From the NCBI RefSeq assembly GCF_000829235.1, contig NZ_AP012549.1, forward strand, positions 1,590,001-1,622,000: a stretch of DNA of 32,000 bases, in the 5' to 3' direction. This document shows, one piece after another, positions 31,254 through 32,000 of the stretch (positions are counted from its first letter, which is position 1; the number at the start of each line of letters is the position of its first letter). The DNA comes from a cyanobacterium endosymbiont of Epithemia turgida isolate EtSB Lake Yunoko. GTDB taxonomy: Bacteria > Cyanobacteriota > Cyanobacteriia > Cyanobacteriales > Microcystaceae. The notes beneath the pieces were generated by a model, which was not told the origin of the DNA, searched no databases, and saw only the letters and a list, made by a program, of their open reading frames with translations. Position numbers and translations under genes: made by a program.

Positions 31254-32000
31254 TTACCGAGTTTTTGATAATGCTTCTTGAGATAGTCTTCTTCTGGGTA
31301 CTTCATAGGTCATAAAATCACGGGCAAGAAGAGTATTAGGAAAAATTGCCTGAGCTTCTGTTAGTAAATCAACTAATTGTAATACATTTCCAGGGGCGTA
31401 ACGGGGACTAAAATGGGTCATAATTAGCTGTTTAACACCAGCCATTAAGGCAACTTGTGCTGCCATGGTTGAAGTAGAATGGAGACGATCAAAAGCTAAT
31501 TGAGCATCTTGGTGGGCAAATGTTGCTTCATGGATTAAGACATCTCCCCCTTGCGCTAAGGCTACAGCCCCATCACAAAAGACTGTATCAGTACAATAAA
31601 TAACTTTACGACCGATTTCTTTATCTCCACACAGGTCTTTTCCTCGAATATGACGACCATCGGGTAAAGTGACGAGTTCACCTCGTTTTAGCTGACCGTA
31701 AATCGGTCCTGGAGGAATTCCTAAAGCAGTTGCTTTTTCTATGTCAAAGCGACCGGGACGATCTTTTTCTTCAATACGATAACCATAGGCTGAAACACGG
31801 TGTTTGAGTAACCCACAATGAACGATAAATTGATCATCTTCATACGTGACCCCAGAGCGTACTTCATAAACCCGCACTCGATGAGAGAGTTTTATTTGGG
31901 AATACTTAGCACAAGCTTTCAAGTAGGCCACTAAGTCTGGTGGACCATAAATTTCGATATCTTGGGCATTGCCTGCTAAACCACAACTAGCTAACAGTCC
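31254..32000 (-). CDS. rnz: Ribonuclease Z (tRNA 3' endonuclease), 5' end beyond the right edge
   Basis: The C-terminal 225 aa have RNase Z blocks (IYCTDT, LIHEATF, HSTSTMAAQVA, LIMTHFSPRY). The reading frame stays open upstream of the listed Met through 32000 (GLLASCGLAGNAQDIEIYGPPDLVAYLK...), so the gene is partial. Confidence 0.9.
   Translation of the reverse strand, partial: GLLASCGLAGNAQDIEIYGPPDLVAYLKACAKYSQIKLSHRVRVYEVRSGVTYEDDQFIVHCGLLKHRVSAYGYRIEEKDRPGRFDIEKATALGIPPGPIYGQLKRGELVTLPDGRHIRGKDLCGDKEIGRKVIYCTDTVFCDGAVALAQGGDVLIHEATFAHQDAQLAFDRLHSTSTMAAQVALMAGVKQLIMTHFSPRYAPGNVLQLVDLLTEAQAIFPNTLLARDFMTYEVPRRRLSQEALSKTR

Noticed and set aside
1-32000. Search for tRNA, rRNA, tmRNA, RNase P RNA, known riboswitch cores, CRISPR arrays, reverse transcriptase or defence-type multi-gene clusters
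   Set aside because: By eye I found no T-loop/acceptor-stem candidates (GGTTCGAATCC-like strings occur only inside the CDS at about 2392), no rRNA-like GC-rich blocks, no spaced repeats and no unassigned large ORFs. Absence by eye is not proof; tRNAscan-SE and Infernal/Rfam should be run.

Overview
AT-rich cyanobacterial chromosome segment: the HIP1 octamer GCGATCGC occurs at 12663, 23293 and 30120, and the housekeeping genes are cyanobacterial in type. I call 18 intact-looking CDS. They are an unidentified 3' gene end, an HI0933-type flavoprotein, a flavin-reductase-like protein, a HemN/HemW radical-SAM protein, a 533-aa ferredoxin-HTH fusion matching the PatB/CnfR nitrogen-fixation activator architecture, nadC, trpB, proS, a conserved hypothetical membrane protein, a TauE/SafE exporter, an ETHE1-type persulfide dioxygenase, rplI, pyrD, a class-V (AGXT-like) aminotransferase, trpC, a ParE-type toxin with a small upstream antitoxin, and rnz (runs off the right edge). 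Intact CDS cover only about half of the window. The 0.6-2.7 kb spacers are extremely AT-rich. They contain recognisable gene wrecks (IS982-like and IS630-like transposase relics, a sugar-transferase pseudogene, a pentapeptide-repeat pseudogene, further unassignable fragments) and many long perfect hairpins. A diazotroph regulator, low coding density and pervasive decay together are what I would expect from a Trichodesmium-like genome, but that is inference. I could not support any rRNA, tRNA, CRISPR array or multi-gene novel system. The best leads are: the isolated cnfR/patB locus with its large flanking spacers; the IS-disrupted persulfide dioxygenase/TauE pair with a G-rich element in the tauE leader; a ~230-bp repeat shared by two IS982-like ends; an orphan intrinsic terminator suggesting an unannotated transcript; and the parE cassette wedged between trpC and rnz.
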